A stretch of DNA of 64,000 nucleotides. Source: Eledone cirrhosa (Eukaryota). This document shows, in pieces, positions 1-21,850 of the stretch; the stretch's first letter is position 1; each line of letters begins with the position of its first letter. Where the stretch lies: assembly GCA_964016885.1 (NCBI GenBank), contig OZ024740.1, positions 99,386,001 to 99,450,000 of the forward strand, written 5' to 3'. A program made the position numbers and the translations under genes. The notes under the pieces are model-generated. The model searched no databases and was not told where the DNA came from. It saw only the letters and a list, made by a program, of their open reading frames with translations.

Positions 1-395
1 TATAAGATTTCTACAATTTGGGATAAATAACGTCCAGGTTATGTAGAAACTTGTATATAATCCATAGTCTTATACACAAGCGGGCTCTTATATACTCATC
101 AGTGGATGCCCAAATAATATGGATATAAAAATTACATCGACATTAATAAATTAGTGATGGATTCCTCCAGCGCTAAAGAGACTGCTATATTCGAAAAGCC
201 AGCAGTCCTTATAAAGATAAGATACACGCTTCCCCCAAGAGGGTAAAGGGAGGTCATCTTAAAATATAAAACAATATACACGCTGGTCATTTAAACCTGT
301 TAGGTAATATAGCCACGTGTTTAAGAACTCAATTGGATATTAAAAGAATAAATATATGTATACACGATCGATGCACACACAGACCCCCCCCCCAC

Positions 396-2751
<2,356 letters not shown>

Positions 2752-2760
2752 TTAGGAAAT

Positions 2761-3913
<1,153 letters not shown>

Positions 3914-3914
3914 T

Positions 3915-4130
3915 AGAAAGTGAGGTTTTTTTACAAAATGAAAAATAACCGAGGTGTCCAACACGAGTGAAAGTATAAAGAAAAAAAGATGAATTCGAAA
4001 ATGCAACTGGAGACTTATTTCTTTTTAAATATATATATTTATTTGGTTCCTTTACCGGTTTCGCAGTTCTACTGCTTTTCAAAAGTAGAGTTGAGATATA
4101 GGGTCTGTAGTTTTTCGCACATCTGGTTGG
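3915..4130 (-). mobile_element. Short dispersed pLTR-like repeat with U3-A8 variant HHR (4049-4086)
   Basis: Same family at ~22875-23055 (+) and ~63872-64000 (+); CTT-TTGAAAA-GCAGTAGAACTGC-GAAA-CCGG-TA-AAG. Confidence 0.7.
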
Positions 4131-4309
4131 TCTCTGAATGTTACTTGTTTTATATGGAAAAAGTGGCTCGAAATGCCAGGTTTTTCGAGAAGTAATTTGA
4201 TTGTTTGGTCAATAATTATAATAAATTTCGCGCCAGTTCGTGTTACAAAGTTCTTCAAACAGGGGGGGGGGGATCACAGGTTGTTTTTTCATATATGAGT
4301 GTTGAATTT

Positions 4310-4905
4310 TTTTTTACTTAAAAAGGGGGGGGGGGGGGCTCACGAATGCTTTTTTTTAATAAACGTAATTTGATTGGTTATAAATGAAATTATGGCTGTC
4401 ACGTGAACAAGTTTTCCTTGAATTTTCGCGCCCTTATTTGGAAATCTATTCTGTAGCCTTTTTAGAGAATTTTATGACAAGTAAAAGATAATGGTCAAGA
4501 GAAATTGGATGGGAGATTGTTCTGGTTCAGTGAATATGGTTAGTTCGGTGGGGTGTCAGAATTCAATTTTTTATTGAATAAAGAAATTAAAGATATGTAT
4601 GTTTATTTGTGTGCTTGAGTGTGTGTGTGTGTGTGTGTGTTTCAATTTCTTTTAACTTAAAAAAAGGAGCTCACGAAGGCATTTTTTAATAAACGTAATT
4701 TGATTGGTTATAAATGAAATTATGGCTGTCACGTGAACAAGTTTTCATTAAACTTTCGCGCCCTTATTTGGAAATCTATTCTGTAGCCTTTTTAGAGAAT
4801 TTTATGACAAGCAAAAGATAATGGTCAAGAGAAATTGGATGGGAGAATTATTCTGGTTCAGTGAATATGGTTAGATCGCTGGGGTGTCAGAATTCAGATT
4901 TTCTA
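4310..4905. repeat. Direct duplication of a ~250-bp segment
   Basis: GCTCACGAA...GGGGTGTCAGAATTCA at ~4338-4565 and ~4669-4896. Confidence 0.85.
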
Positions 4906-4921
4906 TATATTTATATATATG

Positions 4922-5007
<86 letters not shown>

Positions 5008-5095
5008 AATATATGTATATATATATATATATGTATATGTATATATATATATTTGTATATATATATATGTATATATATATGTATATATATATATG

Positions 5096-5159
<64 letters not shown>

Positions 5160-5161
<2 letters not shown>

Positions 5162-5208
5162 TATGTATGTATACGTACATACATATATGTATACAGACAT
5201 ACAGTAGC

Positions 5209-5253
<45 letters not shown>

Positions 5254-5549
5254 CAGGCAACACTAACACAGAAACGATGTATTAGTTTCAAGCTTGTTAG
5301 CTATCGTCAGCACCGTATACCTTTCTGCCAGATGGTTGAACGTCCGAAAGTATATACTTTCCTTATGAAAATTAACGGCTGAGCAGCCTAATTTGCATAT
5401 TGAGTGAGTTCAGTCGGCCAGGCGCACCGAAAACGATAAATGGAATAGAATGAAACGAGATTTCATTTCTCACTCTTAGCACGGCACTTACTTAAATGTA
5501 AGTATGTATGTATACGTACATACATATATGTATACAGACGTACAGTAGC

Positions 5550-5610
<61 letters not shown>

Positions 5611-6036
5611 CAGGCACACATATATATATGCACGTATCACTTTACCGAACATTTATTATAATGCTCGGTTTGTCCGTTTGTAAATAAACGAACAGCCTGA
5701 ATTATGCCGTACAGTGTTCAGGCAACCACGTCACCTTTTTGTTCAACACTGACACAGGAACGATGTACTAGTTTCAAGCTTGTTAGCTATCGTCAGCACC
5801 GTATACCTTTCTGCCAGATGGTTGAACGTCCGAAAGTATATACTTTCCTTATGAAAATTAACGGCTGAGCAGCCTAATTTGCATATCGAGTGAGTTCAGT
5901 CGGCCAGGCGCACCGAAAACGATAAATGGAATAGGAATGAAACGAAATTTCATTTCTCACTCTTAGTACGGCACTTACTTAACTGTAAGTATGTATGTAT
6001 ACGTACATACATATATGTATACAGACGTATAGTAGC

Positions 6037-6121
<85 letters not shown>

Positions 6122-6690
6122 GAGGCACACATATATATATGCACGTATCAGTTTACCGAACATTTATTATAATGCCCGGTTTGTCCGTTTGTAAACAAAC
6201 GAACAGCCTGAATTATGCCGTACAGTGTTCAGGCAACCACGTCACCTTTTTGTTCAACACTGACACAGGAACGATGTACTAGTTTCAAGCTTGTTACCTA
6301 TCGTCAGCACCGTATATGCAAATTAGGCTGCCCAGCCGTTAATTTTCATAAGGAAAGAATATACTTTCGGACGTTCAACCATCTGGCAGAAAGGTATACG
6401 GTTTAGAAAGGTATACGAATTAGCCGTCGAAACGGCTTGAGCTCAGCTGTCGGGGTCTTACTGGTTCCTATTACCCACTCTACTACCTCAAGTATTGAGT
6501 ACTTTGGTGCGTTATGGTCCACCTGGTTCCTTACCACATTTCCTTCGTTATATATATATATATATATATAGACATGCTACTGTACGTCTGTATACATATA
6601 TGTATGTACGTATACATACATACTTACATTTAAGTAAGTGCCGTACTAAGAGTGAGAAATGAAATTTCGTTTCATTCTATTCCATTTATA
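5160..6690 (-). mobile_element. Second non-coding pLTR/retrozyme-like array (~490-510-bp units with internal TA) plus inverted fragments
   Basis: HHR repeats at 5275, 5761 and 6272; inverted fragments at ~6313-6400 and ~6570-6690. Confidence 0.8.
5761..5801 (-). ncRNA. Minimal type I hammerhead ribozyme (copies 5275-5315, 6272-6312)
   Basis: Minus strand CGGTG-CTGACGA-TAGCTAACAAGCTT-GAAA-CTAG-TA-CATCG. Confidence 0.8.
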
Positions 6691-6713
6691 TATATATACA
6701 TATATGTATGTAT

Positions 6714-9253
<2,540 letters not shown>

Positions 9254-9373
9254 GTATACATATATGTATATATATGTATATATACGTATATATATGTATA
9301 TATATATATACATATATATATACATATATATACATATATATACATATATATACATATATATACATATATATAC

Positions 9374-9430
<57 letters not shown>

Positions 9431-9450
9431 TACATATATACATATATCTA

Positions 9451-9498
<48 letters not shown>

Positions 9499-9562
9499 TA
9501 TATATATATACATATATACATATATATACATATATATACATATATGTATACAAAAATGCCAT

Positions 9563-10010
9563 ATATATAGTTTATCATAAATCTTTGGCTGCACATCTGC
9601 AACATCGTCAGTGGTGTTATATTTTCCTCCTGTTGTATTGTATGTCAACGCCATTTTTATTCAGTCTGAATAAAAATGGCGTAAACATACAATACAACAG
9701 GAGGAAAATATAACACCACTGACGATGTTGCAGATGTGCAACCAAAGATTTATGATAAACTATATATATGTGTTTGTGTCTATATTGTATCTGTATTATT
9801 TTTGACGGTCGGTCAGTCAATGGCAACATTGAGGACCGAGTAAGTTAGATTACCGATATAAAAGACACAGAAGCGAGAAGCGAAAACCAACCAAACAGTG
9901 AGTGTGTTCTGTTATTAATTCTGGCAATATTACACAAATATGACCCTCCCCAAGTATAACAATATTTGTTTCGACACACGATTTCATATAAAAAACCTCG
10001 CAAAATAATT
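9563..10010 (+). mobile_element. Solo pLTR of the Neptune-like PLE family, with a ~100-bp fold-back arm
   Basis: Near-perfect palindrome ~9563-9768 centred at ~9665; 9666-9960 matches the reverse complement of ~17152-17452; degenerate HHR at ~9715-9755. Confidence 0.8.
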
Positions 10011-10018
10011 GTATATAT

Positions 10019-10074
<56 letters not shown>

Positions 10075-10133
10075 ATATATATATGTATATATATATGTGT
10101 ATATATATATATGTGTGTATATATATATATATA

Positions 10134-10651
<518 letters not shown>

Positions 10652-10669
10652 ATATATGTGTGTATTTAT

Positions 10670-10780
<111 letters not shown>

Positions 10781-10789
10781 AATATACTA

Positions 10790-11869
10790 TATATAGATTT
10801 ATAAACTCAAACAGTCTTTTACAATTAAATAGCTCAAAGAAAGAGGTATTTCTGAGCCGTGAAATACAAGTTAATATAAATTAATATATGGTAAACACTA
10901 ATACAATCATATAAGTGTTTGTATTGCAAATGACCAAGTTAGCTAGCTTGAAAAATACTAATTAAATTAATACAGTTTGCCTGTCTCGATTTAAAATAAT
11001 AAATCAATAAAAACAATAAAAACAGAACTGAGCACAGAAATGGAATTTTTCACTTTTTCACTTATCGTTGCGAAACGAATTTGGGTTTTGAAATTTAAAT
11101 TTGTCTGCGGAACAGTTTTGGGTTTTGACATTTAAATTTGTCCAGGTATTACGGCTATTGCCAATATGGGTTTGTTATTATTGATTTAATATTTTAAATC
11201 GAGACAGGAAAACTGTATTAATTTAATTACTATTTTTCAATCTAGCTAACTTGGTCATTTCCAATACAAACACTTATATAATTGTATTAGTGTTTATCAT
11301 ATATTAATTTATATTAACTTGTATTTCACGGCTCAGAAATACCTCTTTCTTTGAGCAATTTAATTGTAAAAGACTGTTTGAGTTTATAACTCTATATATA
11401 TTATTAACGCCTCCTCTTGTTGAGCTAAATTTTAGTCCCATAAAAACGGCTGTTATTTCTAGCAGCACGAGTATAGGACTAGCTAGGCTCTGAAAAACCA
11501 TGTGCGTTAAACACTTGCTTATCAGTCCTCCTAAGTATTTTGAGGTAAAACATACCAATTTTCTGGATACCTGCCGAAGAGCACAGAAATGGAATTTTCA
11601 CTTTTTCACTTATCGTTGCGAAACGAATTTGGGTTTTGAAATTTAAATTTGTCTGCGGAACAGGTTTGGGTTTTGAAAATTAAATTTGTCCAGGAATCAC
11701 GGCTATTGCCAATATGGATTTGTTTTTATTGATTTATTATTTTAAATCGAGACAGGCAAACTGTATTAATTTAATTAGTATTTTTCAATCTAGCTAACTT
11801 GGTCATTTGCAATACAAACACTTATATAATTGTATTAGTGTTTATCATATATTAATTTATGTTAACTTG

Positions 11870-11870
<1 letters not shown>
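10790..11870 (+). mobile_element. pLTR-like cassette with inverted and tandem partial duplications
   Basis: ~10790-11015 inverted at ~11170-11400; ~11030-11320 repeated at ~11580-11870; HHR motif at 11567-11697. Confidence 0.7.
11567..11697 (+). ncRNA. Type I HHR-like motif with CCGAAGA core and extended helices II/III
   Basis: ATACCTG-CCGAAGA-GCA...TGC-GAAA-CGAATTT...AAATTTG-TC-CAGGAAT; the duplicate reads CAGGTAT at ~11143, a perfect stem I partner. Confidence 0.55.
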
Positions 11871-13322
<1,452 letters not shown>

Positions 13323-14938
13323 TGTATTCATTAGTTAAGCAAAGCAAGACCACACATTTCACAAGGAAGATATTAAAAGATTGTCAACATATTTTAGTTT
13401 GATGTAAGAAATGTAGAGAATATTAATAATAATAATGTCCGTTTACAATTGTTTCGCTACTCCATATAATATTTCTGGATCAGATGACTATATATCATAA
13501 TTGATCTGGTTCACTTGAAAATAATTAACATATTTAAAAGACAAAGCGGCTCATCGGAAATTCAAAGGAATATGAACTAAAATAATGAGAGAATGTTACA
13601 TAATATAATGTTCCATATATTGGTTTTTACTATGTGTCTTGGTTGCATCAGTTGTCAGCCATAACAATGCAGTATTCAGCTGTCAAGGCTACATTGTGTG
13701 AGATCTGCCTATGGGTAACAAGATGGCTGCCAAAGGGCATATTTAACTTACTAATTAGAGGGTGGTTTCAGGGGAAGTAACTCCTCGAGCCATTAGAAAT
13801 TGTGGGCGTTTATAGTTAATTGCTAATTTTTTAATTTGTTTAATTGAGAGACAATGTAGGGGAGGTAACTTCTAATTATCCAAGTTGTTCATAGCAATTT
13901 AACTTATTAGCTACAAGTAAAAATGGGGCTACATGACTAAGTTAGGTCAAATATTCTATTGACGAAGGAATTAGCATTTCGATATTGACAGCTAATAGTT
14001 ACCTCCGTTCTATCGTTAATCGGTAGAGGTCGTGATAGAGTTATGTAATATGCTTCAGTAATATAGAGATCACAAGATTTTGTCCGTCCATTGAACGGTT
14101 GGGCCCTAGCCACGATATCCCATTTTAGTGAGTGTTGAACGTTTTTTAATTTAAGGTTTTTAATGAGCCTAGCTAGCGATGTCGAACAGCTGTTGCTAGG
14201 GTCTCGGAAGGAAAAGGAGTGCGCGTTATAGCGTACCTTAAAAGGGTTAGAGGTAGACCCGATATAAGAACTGGTATTCGAAGCAGTTTTTTCCTTCCGA
14301 TGTTCGACATCGCTAGCTAGCCTCATTAAAAACTTTAAATTAAACAACGTTCAACACTCACTAAAATGGGATATCGCGGCTGGGGCCCAACCGTTCAATG
14401 GACGAAGAAAATCTTCTAATCTCTGTATTACGGAAGCATATTACGTAACTCTATCACGACCTCAACCGATTAACGATAGAACGGAGGTAACTATTAGCTG
14501 TCAACATCGAAGGGCTAATTCCTTCGCCAATAGAATATTTGACCTAACTTAGTCATGTAGCCCCATTTTTACTTGTAGCTAATAAGTTAAATTGCTATGA
14601 ACAACTTGAATAATTAGAAGTTACCTCCCCTACATTGTCTCTCAATTAAAAAAATCTAAAAATTAGCACTTAACTATAAACACCCACAATTTCTAATCTC
14701 TCGAGGAGTTACTTCCCCTGAAATCACCCTCTAATTAGTAAGGTAAATATGGCCTTTGGCAGCCATCTTGTTACCCATAGGCAGATCTCATACAATGCAG
14801 CCTCGACAGCTGAATACTGCTTTATTATGGCTGACAACTGATGCAACCAAGACACCATAGTAAAAACCAATATATGGAACATTATATTATGTAACATTCT
14901 CTCATTATTTTAGTTTATATTATATATATTTATATATA

Positions 14939-15121
14939 GGGCGGTGGATTGCAGTATCGGTAGAGGGTCGGACGCCATGTTTTCCAGAATAGTTACGTCC
15001 CTTTACGATCTGAGTTCAAATCCCGCCGAGGTTGACTTTGCCTTTCACCCTTACGGGGTCGATAAAATAATGTACCAGTAATGCACTGGGTAATTGCTGG
15101 CCTTGTGCTAAAGTAGAAACA
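14939..15121 (+). mobile_element. tRNA-derived SINE (Meta-domain-like) with ~18-bp target-site duplication
   Basis: B-box-like GAGTTCAAATCC; GACTTTGCCTTTCACCCTTACGGGGTCGATAAAAT; TSD ATTATTTTAGTTTATATT at ~14904-14921 and ~15122-15139. Confidence 0.85.
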
Positions 15122-15147
15122 ATTATTTTAGTTTATATTCCTTTGAA

Positions 15148-15267
15148 GTTCCGATGAGCCGCTCTGTCTTTTAAATATGTTAATTATTTTCAACTGAACC
15201 AGATGAATTATGATATATAGTCATCTGATCCAGAAATATTATATGGAGTAGCGAAACAATTGTAAAC
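15148..15267 (+). ncRNA. Type I HHR-like motif with CCGATGA core and ~95-nt helix II (mirror copy 13441-13560 on minus strand)
   Basis: GTT-CCGATGA-GCCGCTC...GAGTAGC-GAAA-CAATTG-TA-AAC; palindromic stem III. Confidence 0.65.
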
Positions 15268-15556
15268 GGACATTATTATTATTAATATTATTATTATTAT
15301 TCTCTACATTTCTTACATCAAACAAAAATATGTTGACAATCTTTTAATAATATCTTCCTTGTGAAATTTGTGGTCTTGCTTTGCTTAACTAATGAATATT
15401 TCCAGCTCTGTGCACCTAACTTCTGCATGAACCCAGCCACCTAGCTGCTTTCTACTGCATATTGCCTTTAGGCTTTGGCATCTAACTAATTCAACAATCT
15501 CTCCTCTCCTATCTCCTCCCTATCTCCATCTCTCTCTTTAAGATTGGTTACTCTTG

Positions 15557-16160
<604 letters not shown>

Positions 16161-17108
16161 TGGTTTGTATACCTCTGAATGGTCTGTAGTAGTAGGTTGA
16201 CGTTGTGAGTCTATTCTCTCTGTATTTCTGTAGACCACTGGGGCCTGTTGATAGCGATGAATCTTTACATAGCTTGTTGTATGTCGTCTGCTCTGATATC
16301 TCTCTGTGTAAGCGTGGGATGATAGAGGCTTTCTATACCTGTCGTTTCCTGTTTGACACATTGAGAGCATAGTCAACACATCAACCTGTTCACACCAAAA
16401 GGATGGTGACCTCGAATTTAACCTTTAGGTGTCACGCAAGGTTCAAAGCGTGGACAGATCTCGCTACATATGTATGTATGTATGCGTGGATGTGTGTTTG
16501 TACGTATGTTAAGTCTGCATCCTTTTGTTCCGTACGTGCGTCCGTATATTTGAATGTGTACGCATGAATTTTATATATGTATAGACTTCTGTGAGTATGT
16601 TTGTGGCTATATGTGTGTATGTGTATATATATATATATATGTGTGTATATGTTTGTGTATATATATATGCATATTGTGTGTGTGTGTGTTTGTATGTATA
16701 CGCGTTTTTACGTATGTTTATATATATATTTATACATTTATTTACCCCCCCCCCCCCCGCACCTTTCCTTGTCAACACGTCCCTTTATGCTTTTATTTAT
16801 ATTTTTATATTTGTTTTTCTTTTTCTTTTATTTATTCATATATGTTCCCCTACTACCTCCCAATGTACCTTGTAGTAACATGCCTTACGTGTGATTAAGC
16901 GTAAGTGTGCATGCGTGTGTCTGAACTTTTGTACGTCTGTGTATACGTGCGTACATGGGCAGATGGGCGTATGTATGTTTACACATGTTTTGTATGTGGA
17001 TGAGTAGATATATGTATGTGTGTATGTATGTATATATATACACACATATATGTATATATATACATTTATATGTATATGTGTGTGCGGGTATGTATAGGGG
17101 ATTGTGTA

Positions 17109-17151
<43 letters not shown>

Positions 17152-17153
<2 letters not shown>

Positions 17154-18675
17154 ATTATACTTGGGGAGGGTCATATTTGTGTAATATTGCCAGAATTAAT
17201 AACAGAACACACTCACTGTTTGGTTAGTTTTCGCTTTTCTCTTCTGTGTCTTTTATATCGGTAATCTAATTTACTCGGTCCTCAATGTTGCCATTGACTG
17301 ACCGACGGTCAAAAATAATACAGATACAATATAGACACAAACACATATATATAGTTTATCATAAATCTTTCGTTGCACATCTGCAACATTGTCAGTGGTG
17401 CTATTGTTTCCTCCCGTTGCATTGTATGTCTACGCCATTTTTATTTAGTCTGTCTATATATTTATATATTTATATATTTATTTGCTTGTTTGTTTATTTT
17501 ATTTTGACTTCTTTGCGCATGCGTTTGCGTGTGTGTATAGTGTTTTGTTTGATGTGTGTTCGTGATTGGGTGACTAGTTTGTGTTTATGTGTTTGTTGTT
17601 ATTGTGCTTGTGTATGTATTTATTTATCTATTTATTTACTTATTTACACTTCTCTTAGGTCAGTGTTGTTTGTTTGGTTGTTGTTGTTATTCCATTAATT
17701 CTTTCTGTTTAGTCTTGGTCTTCTAAGTTCTATTTCACTGGCCTCTCTGATTTGCCTATCTGCTGGGTCATTTCTATGTTTAGATATTATTCTAATTTCT
17801 ATGTTGTCTATGTTACCGTCATGTTGTTGTCTGGCATGTTCGTATAGTACTGATCCGTTTTTTCGTCCTTTTAGTTCCCCCCAGTGTTGGTCTATCCTTT
17901 CACCTATGCTACGAGCTGTCTCACCTATGTATGTTGTTGTCATGTTTCTGCAAGTACCCTCTGTACATCTTATGCTATAGACTACGTTTCTAGTTTTACA
18001 GTTTATCCGGGGGTTTACCTTACATATGATTCATTTCCTATTGGTACAGTGGGTTTTCTTAAAAGGGTAGTTTCGCTGATCAGGGATTTTATGGTGGTTC
18101 CTGGCTTTTCTACCACCTTAATTTTTAAGTGGGTCTTTCTCAGGGCCTTTCTACACTGGTTAGCTAATTTCCCTCCAGGGGTAGCGTCCACAAACATGAC
18201 ACTCTGGTATCTCTGGTTGTCGTACCATGAGGTGACTTTCCCTATCTTATATCTAGCTCTATCTAAGCTATTCCATGGTTTGCTCCTGTATAATGGGCAA
18301 ATTCCTTTCATGTCCAGTTCTATGAGGGTCTTATACTTCTCCATGGCTCCTTCGTATACTCTGACTCTGTCTCTTTGGTTGTAGCCAGAGAACTGCATGC
18401 GGTTGATGTAGTGTTGGATGTGTCTTTCCATTTCTGTTGGGTCGCACATGCGGGACACATTCTTCATCACTCGTACCAAATCTGCGATCAGAATATTAAA
18501 CTTAGCACTACTGGACATTGGTGAGTTTTTGATAACAGGTATTTGGAGGCCATGGGTTTAGCATAGTGTGAGTGGATAATTTGGGCTCTCTCGTCTATAG
18601 TGTCTATCGTGTTAATCCAAGTATAACAATATTTGTTTCGACACGATTTCATATAAAAAACCTCGCAAAACTAAT
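17152..18675 (-). mobile_element. 5'-truncated Penelope-like element (tentatively Neptune-like): RT thumb, GIY-YIG and pLTR with HHR remnant
   Basis: HYAKPMAS, VRVMKN...RMQFSGY, VMFVDATPGG; GIY-YIG YIGETARSIGERIDQH...DRQIREA (17695-17943); HHR remnant CTGACAA...GAAA at ~17358-17400; inverted terminal piece at ~18618-18675. Confidence 0.85.
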
Positions 18676-18818
<143 letters not shown>

Positions 18819-19150
18819 GAGAGATGTGCATTCGTATATATATTTATACCTTATTTCTGAGTACCTGTGTGAATGTGCGCCTGTGTGTGCGCATATGTGA
18901 GCATATGATCACACGTCTATATGTGTGTATTTGTATTTCCATGTAAACGCACTTATACTTATGTGTGAATGTATACGTTTTCGTACTATTACGTATATGT
19001 GTAAGTTTGAGTATGTGTATGTTTATGTTTGGGATATTTATCTATATATTTTTCCCCCTCAATTTCTTGCCCGTTATTTTATTTCCGACTCACTTTCATT
19101 TATCCTAAATTCTGTTTTCACATCCATATTAAATAAATATTTCATATTAT

Positions 19151-19204
19151 TTTTATGATGAATGAAGACAGACATATATATGTCTTCAAGAAACCAGTGG
19201 TAAA
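19151..19204 (+). ncRNA. Degenerate HHR-like motif
   Basis: TT-ATGATGA-ATGAAGACA...TGTCTTCAA-GAAA-CCAGTGG-TA-AA; C3 replaced by A. Confidence 0.45.
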
Positions 19205-19349
19205 TTAAATAATTATCTTATGTTGTTTATTACATAACTAAAACGGTCTGTATCCTACATAGAGCACTCTCTTTTCCTTTACCTTTCCTACGGATTTACT
19301 TCAATTATATCAAATATATATGCATTTGTGTGTGTGTGTATATATGTAA

Positions 19350-19405
<56 letters not shown>

Positions 19406-20844
19406 ATGTTTGTGTGTGTGTGTGTGTTTGAGTATATGCCCATAAGCATGCATGATGCATAAATGATAGTTCAAGGCAGAATGGATCAATTGTTTTGAAG
19501 TTTATGCATTGATAGTCAGGAAATTAGTTTATCTTCTTAATTCCTTCTATTAGCAAGAATGGAACGATGCATATTAGCATTTTGAAATAAAGATCTAAAA
19601 ATCTATATCTGTCTCATGTAAACTATAGAACAATAGATGTTTGTTTAAAGCATTGGCAACTAGGAAAATTGAGAACATTTCACAATTCTGTATGATTGAA
19701 CTCACCAGGAAAATTTCAACTCGAAAACACAAGAGATTTTTTCCAAGTATTCTTTTGTTACTCTGTAGGAAAACAAACAGAATATATATTTGGTTAGCCT
19801 AGAGCAAAAATAAATAACTTAAATCAATAACAGCATGATATTTCACAGGAAATCCTTTAAAATCTTGAAGGATACTGCTTGTGTTACCTTAATTTTTTTT
19901 TTAATTTATGGTTTTAATGCTGTTATGCAAAATATTCTTTGAAATGCTCACACTGCAGTAATTTTCCATGATATCTTGCCTGCCTATGTGTTGATAATGT
20001 TTTTGTTATATTTTTCTCTTTTGTAAACTTATATTATTTTCTCTCAAAACACGACAGGGATTATTTGCTAAGTCTCAGTTTTAAAGATTTTCTAAATAAT
20101 CTTGTTATAATAATTTTCTTACAAACAGGCAGAAAATAATGTGTGCATTTAACAGTTTTCAGGAGATCCTTAAGCTTTCTATAGCTTTATATATATAATA
20201 ACTAAGTTTTTTTTTTAAGTATATCACTTTCAATGTTTGCATTCAAAATATATATAAATATTTGATTAACTTTAAATGATAAATGAATATGAATTATTTT
20301 TTTATCTATTAAATATTTGTTCTTTCTTTCCCCAAATATCTGAATTTACACTTATCTGCATCTATCTTTCATTAGTGAAGTGAAGAGTCCTAATGTGTCA
20401 TTTATTTTGCTTGTATATTTACATTTCTTTTATATTTCTCTATTGTGAAGAGGGGTAGGAGTTACTTTTTCAGCATATCAGCTTGATATTTTGCTTGTTT
20501 ACATTTATATGGTTTCGTAAATACTAATTGCATTGCCTTCTTTATTACCATACATGGTATATTGTTATAAGCTTTTATTAATATAAAGGTTTATCTCAAT
20601 AGAAAATTATCAAACTATAAAGGAAAACCCCCAAAATAAATGAAATAAACATTTCAGGAAAAAATATCTTCAAAATATAATATGAATAATTTCTCTCTGG
20701 CACATTTCTATATAATCATTGTGATAAAGTTTGGCTTATACAGTCTAAGAAATGAGTTTCCATTTTGTTGCTTGTTCTGTTCAATGTAACTCCAGATTGC
20801 AAAATATCACCAGTAAAGAGATTAATAATAAAAATGTATTGTAA

Positions 20845-21050
20845 CATTGGCAGGCACAAGGCCAATATTTTGGAAAGAATGGGGGTAGTAGATTGAACTG
20901 ACTCCAATAAATGACTTTTACTTATTTCATTGACTTCAGATGGATGAAATTTGACCTTCATGGATTTATATTCAACATGGAAAAGGCTTAAATTCAAATA
21001 TACTGTAAGGCATTTGCTATGATAATCTACAGCTAACACTGCCAACTGTG
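20845..21050 (-). mobile_element. Old degraded SINE (Meta-like family)
   Basis: Minus strand AGGTCAAATTTCATCCATCTGAAGTCAATGAAATAAGTA...TTGGCCTTGTGCC resembles the SINE at 14939. Confidence 0.45.
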
Positions 21051-21489
21051 GACTCACAGACCTTCAAAGATTAAAAATAGATAAATGGTCAGATGAATGA
21101 ATATATTTAAAAATAGTATTAGAATCAATAGCAAATAAAGGCTAGAATGTTATGAACAACTATTTATCTACTGGGAAATAAACTAGTCTCATTTCAAAAT
21201 TAACCCCAGCAAGCAGTTAATAAGATTATTCATATGTACTTCTCTATATACTAGTGATGTTCTCCTTTGTCATGTTTTAGATTGGAAATAAAAATAAAAG
21301 AGATTTATTTTGGATATGTTGTGAGGCAAGAAGTACAGTTTGTTAAGAAAAAAAATTAGGGAAGGATATATGAGTGTTTCTATGTGTGTGTGCGTCTGTC
21401 ATTTATTAATGCTGATCCAATAGCTTATTATCTTGGAGAATTTCATATGTAGGTGATCCAATCAGCAGTAAGCAGGGATGTTCTGAAAG

Positions 21490-21850
21490 TGTAATAGCCA
21501 AGGTAAGAACACACTGAAAGCAATTTAAGGAGCTGGTACATCTCCTAACAAAGTGAAAGGTAGACTGTTTGATGCCTGCATGAAAACTGTAATACTACAT
21601 TGTAGTGAGACATGGACCTTGACTGCTGATGACCAGCAAAAGATAGAAAGGAATGAAGTGAGTGTGCTCTGATGGATGTGTAATGTTAGTGTGCATGAAG
21701 GATGTAGCTTAATTGACCTGAGAGAAAAACAAAGCATAAGAAAAAATGGATGTAGTTTTTAAGAGAGAAGACTCATAGGTATGGACAGGTGATGAATATT
21801 GAATTTAACAGTTGTATAAAGAAATGTAGAGAAATTTCAGTGGTTTGGGT
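21490..21850 (+). mobile_element. Degraded RTE LINE 3' ORF fragment
   Basis: Translates to KVKGRLFDACMKTVILHCSETWTL, homologous to 39180-39250; RTE-type 3' tail remnants follow at ~22400-22700. Confidence 0.7.

Larger units (their letters stand above)
13325..15397. mobile_element. Fold-back pair of truncated Naiad-type PLE 3' ends (GIY-YIG remnant plus pLTR)
   Basis: ~13325-14185 is the reverse complement of ~14300-15397 once the SINE is removed; ORF 13937-14347 has YIGSTSNPFKVRYNAHSFSF, WDIV, CDL, ISCQYR. Confidence 0.85.

Noticed and set aside
20716-21057. 113-aa minus-strand ORF with a plausible splice acceptor
   Set aside because: Overlaps a degraded SINE-like sequence; no recognisable protein motif
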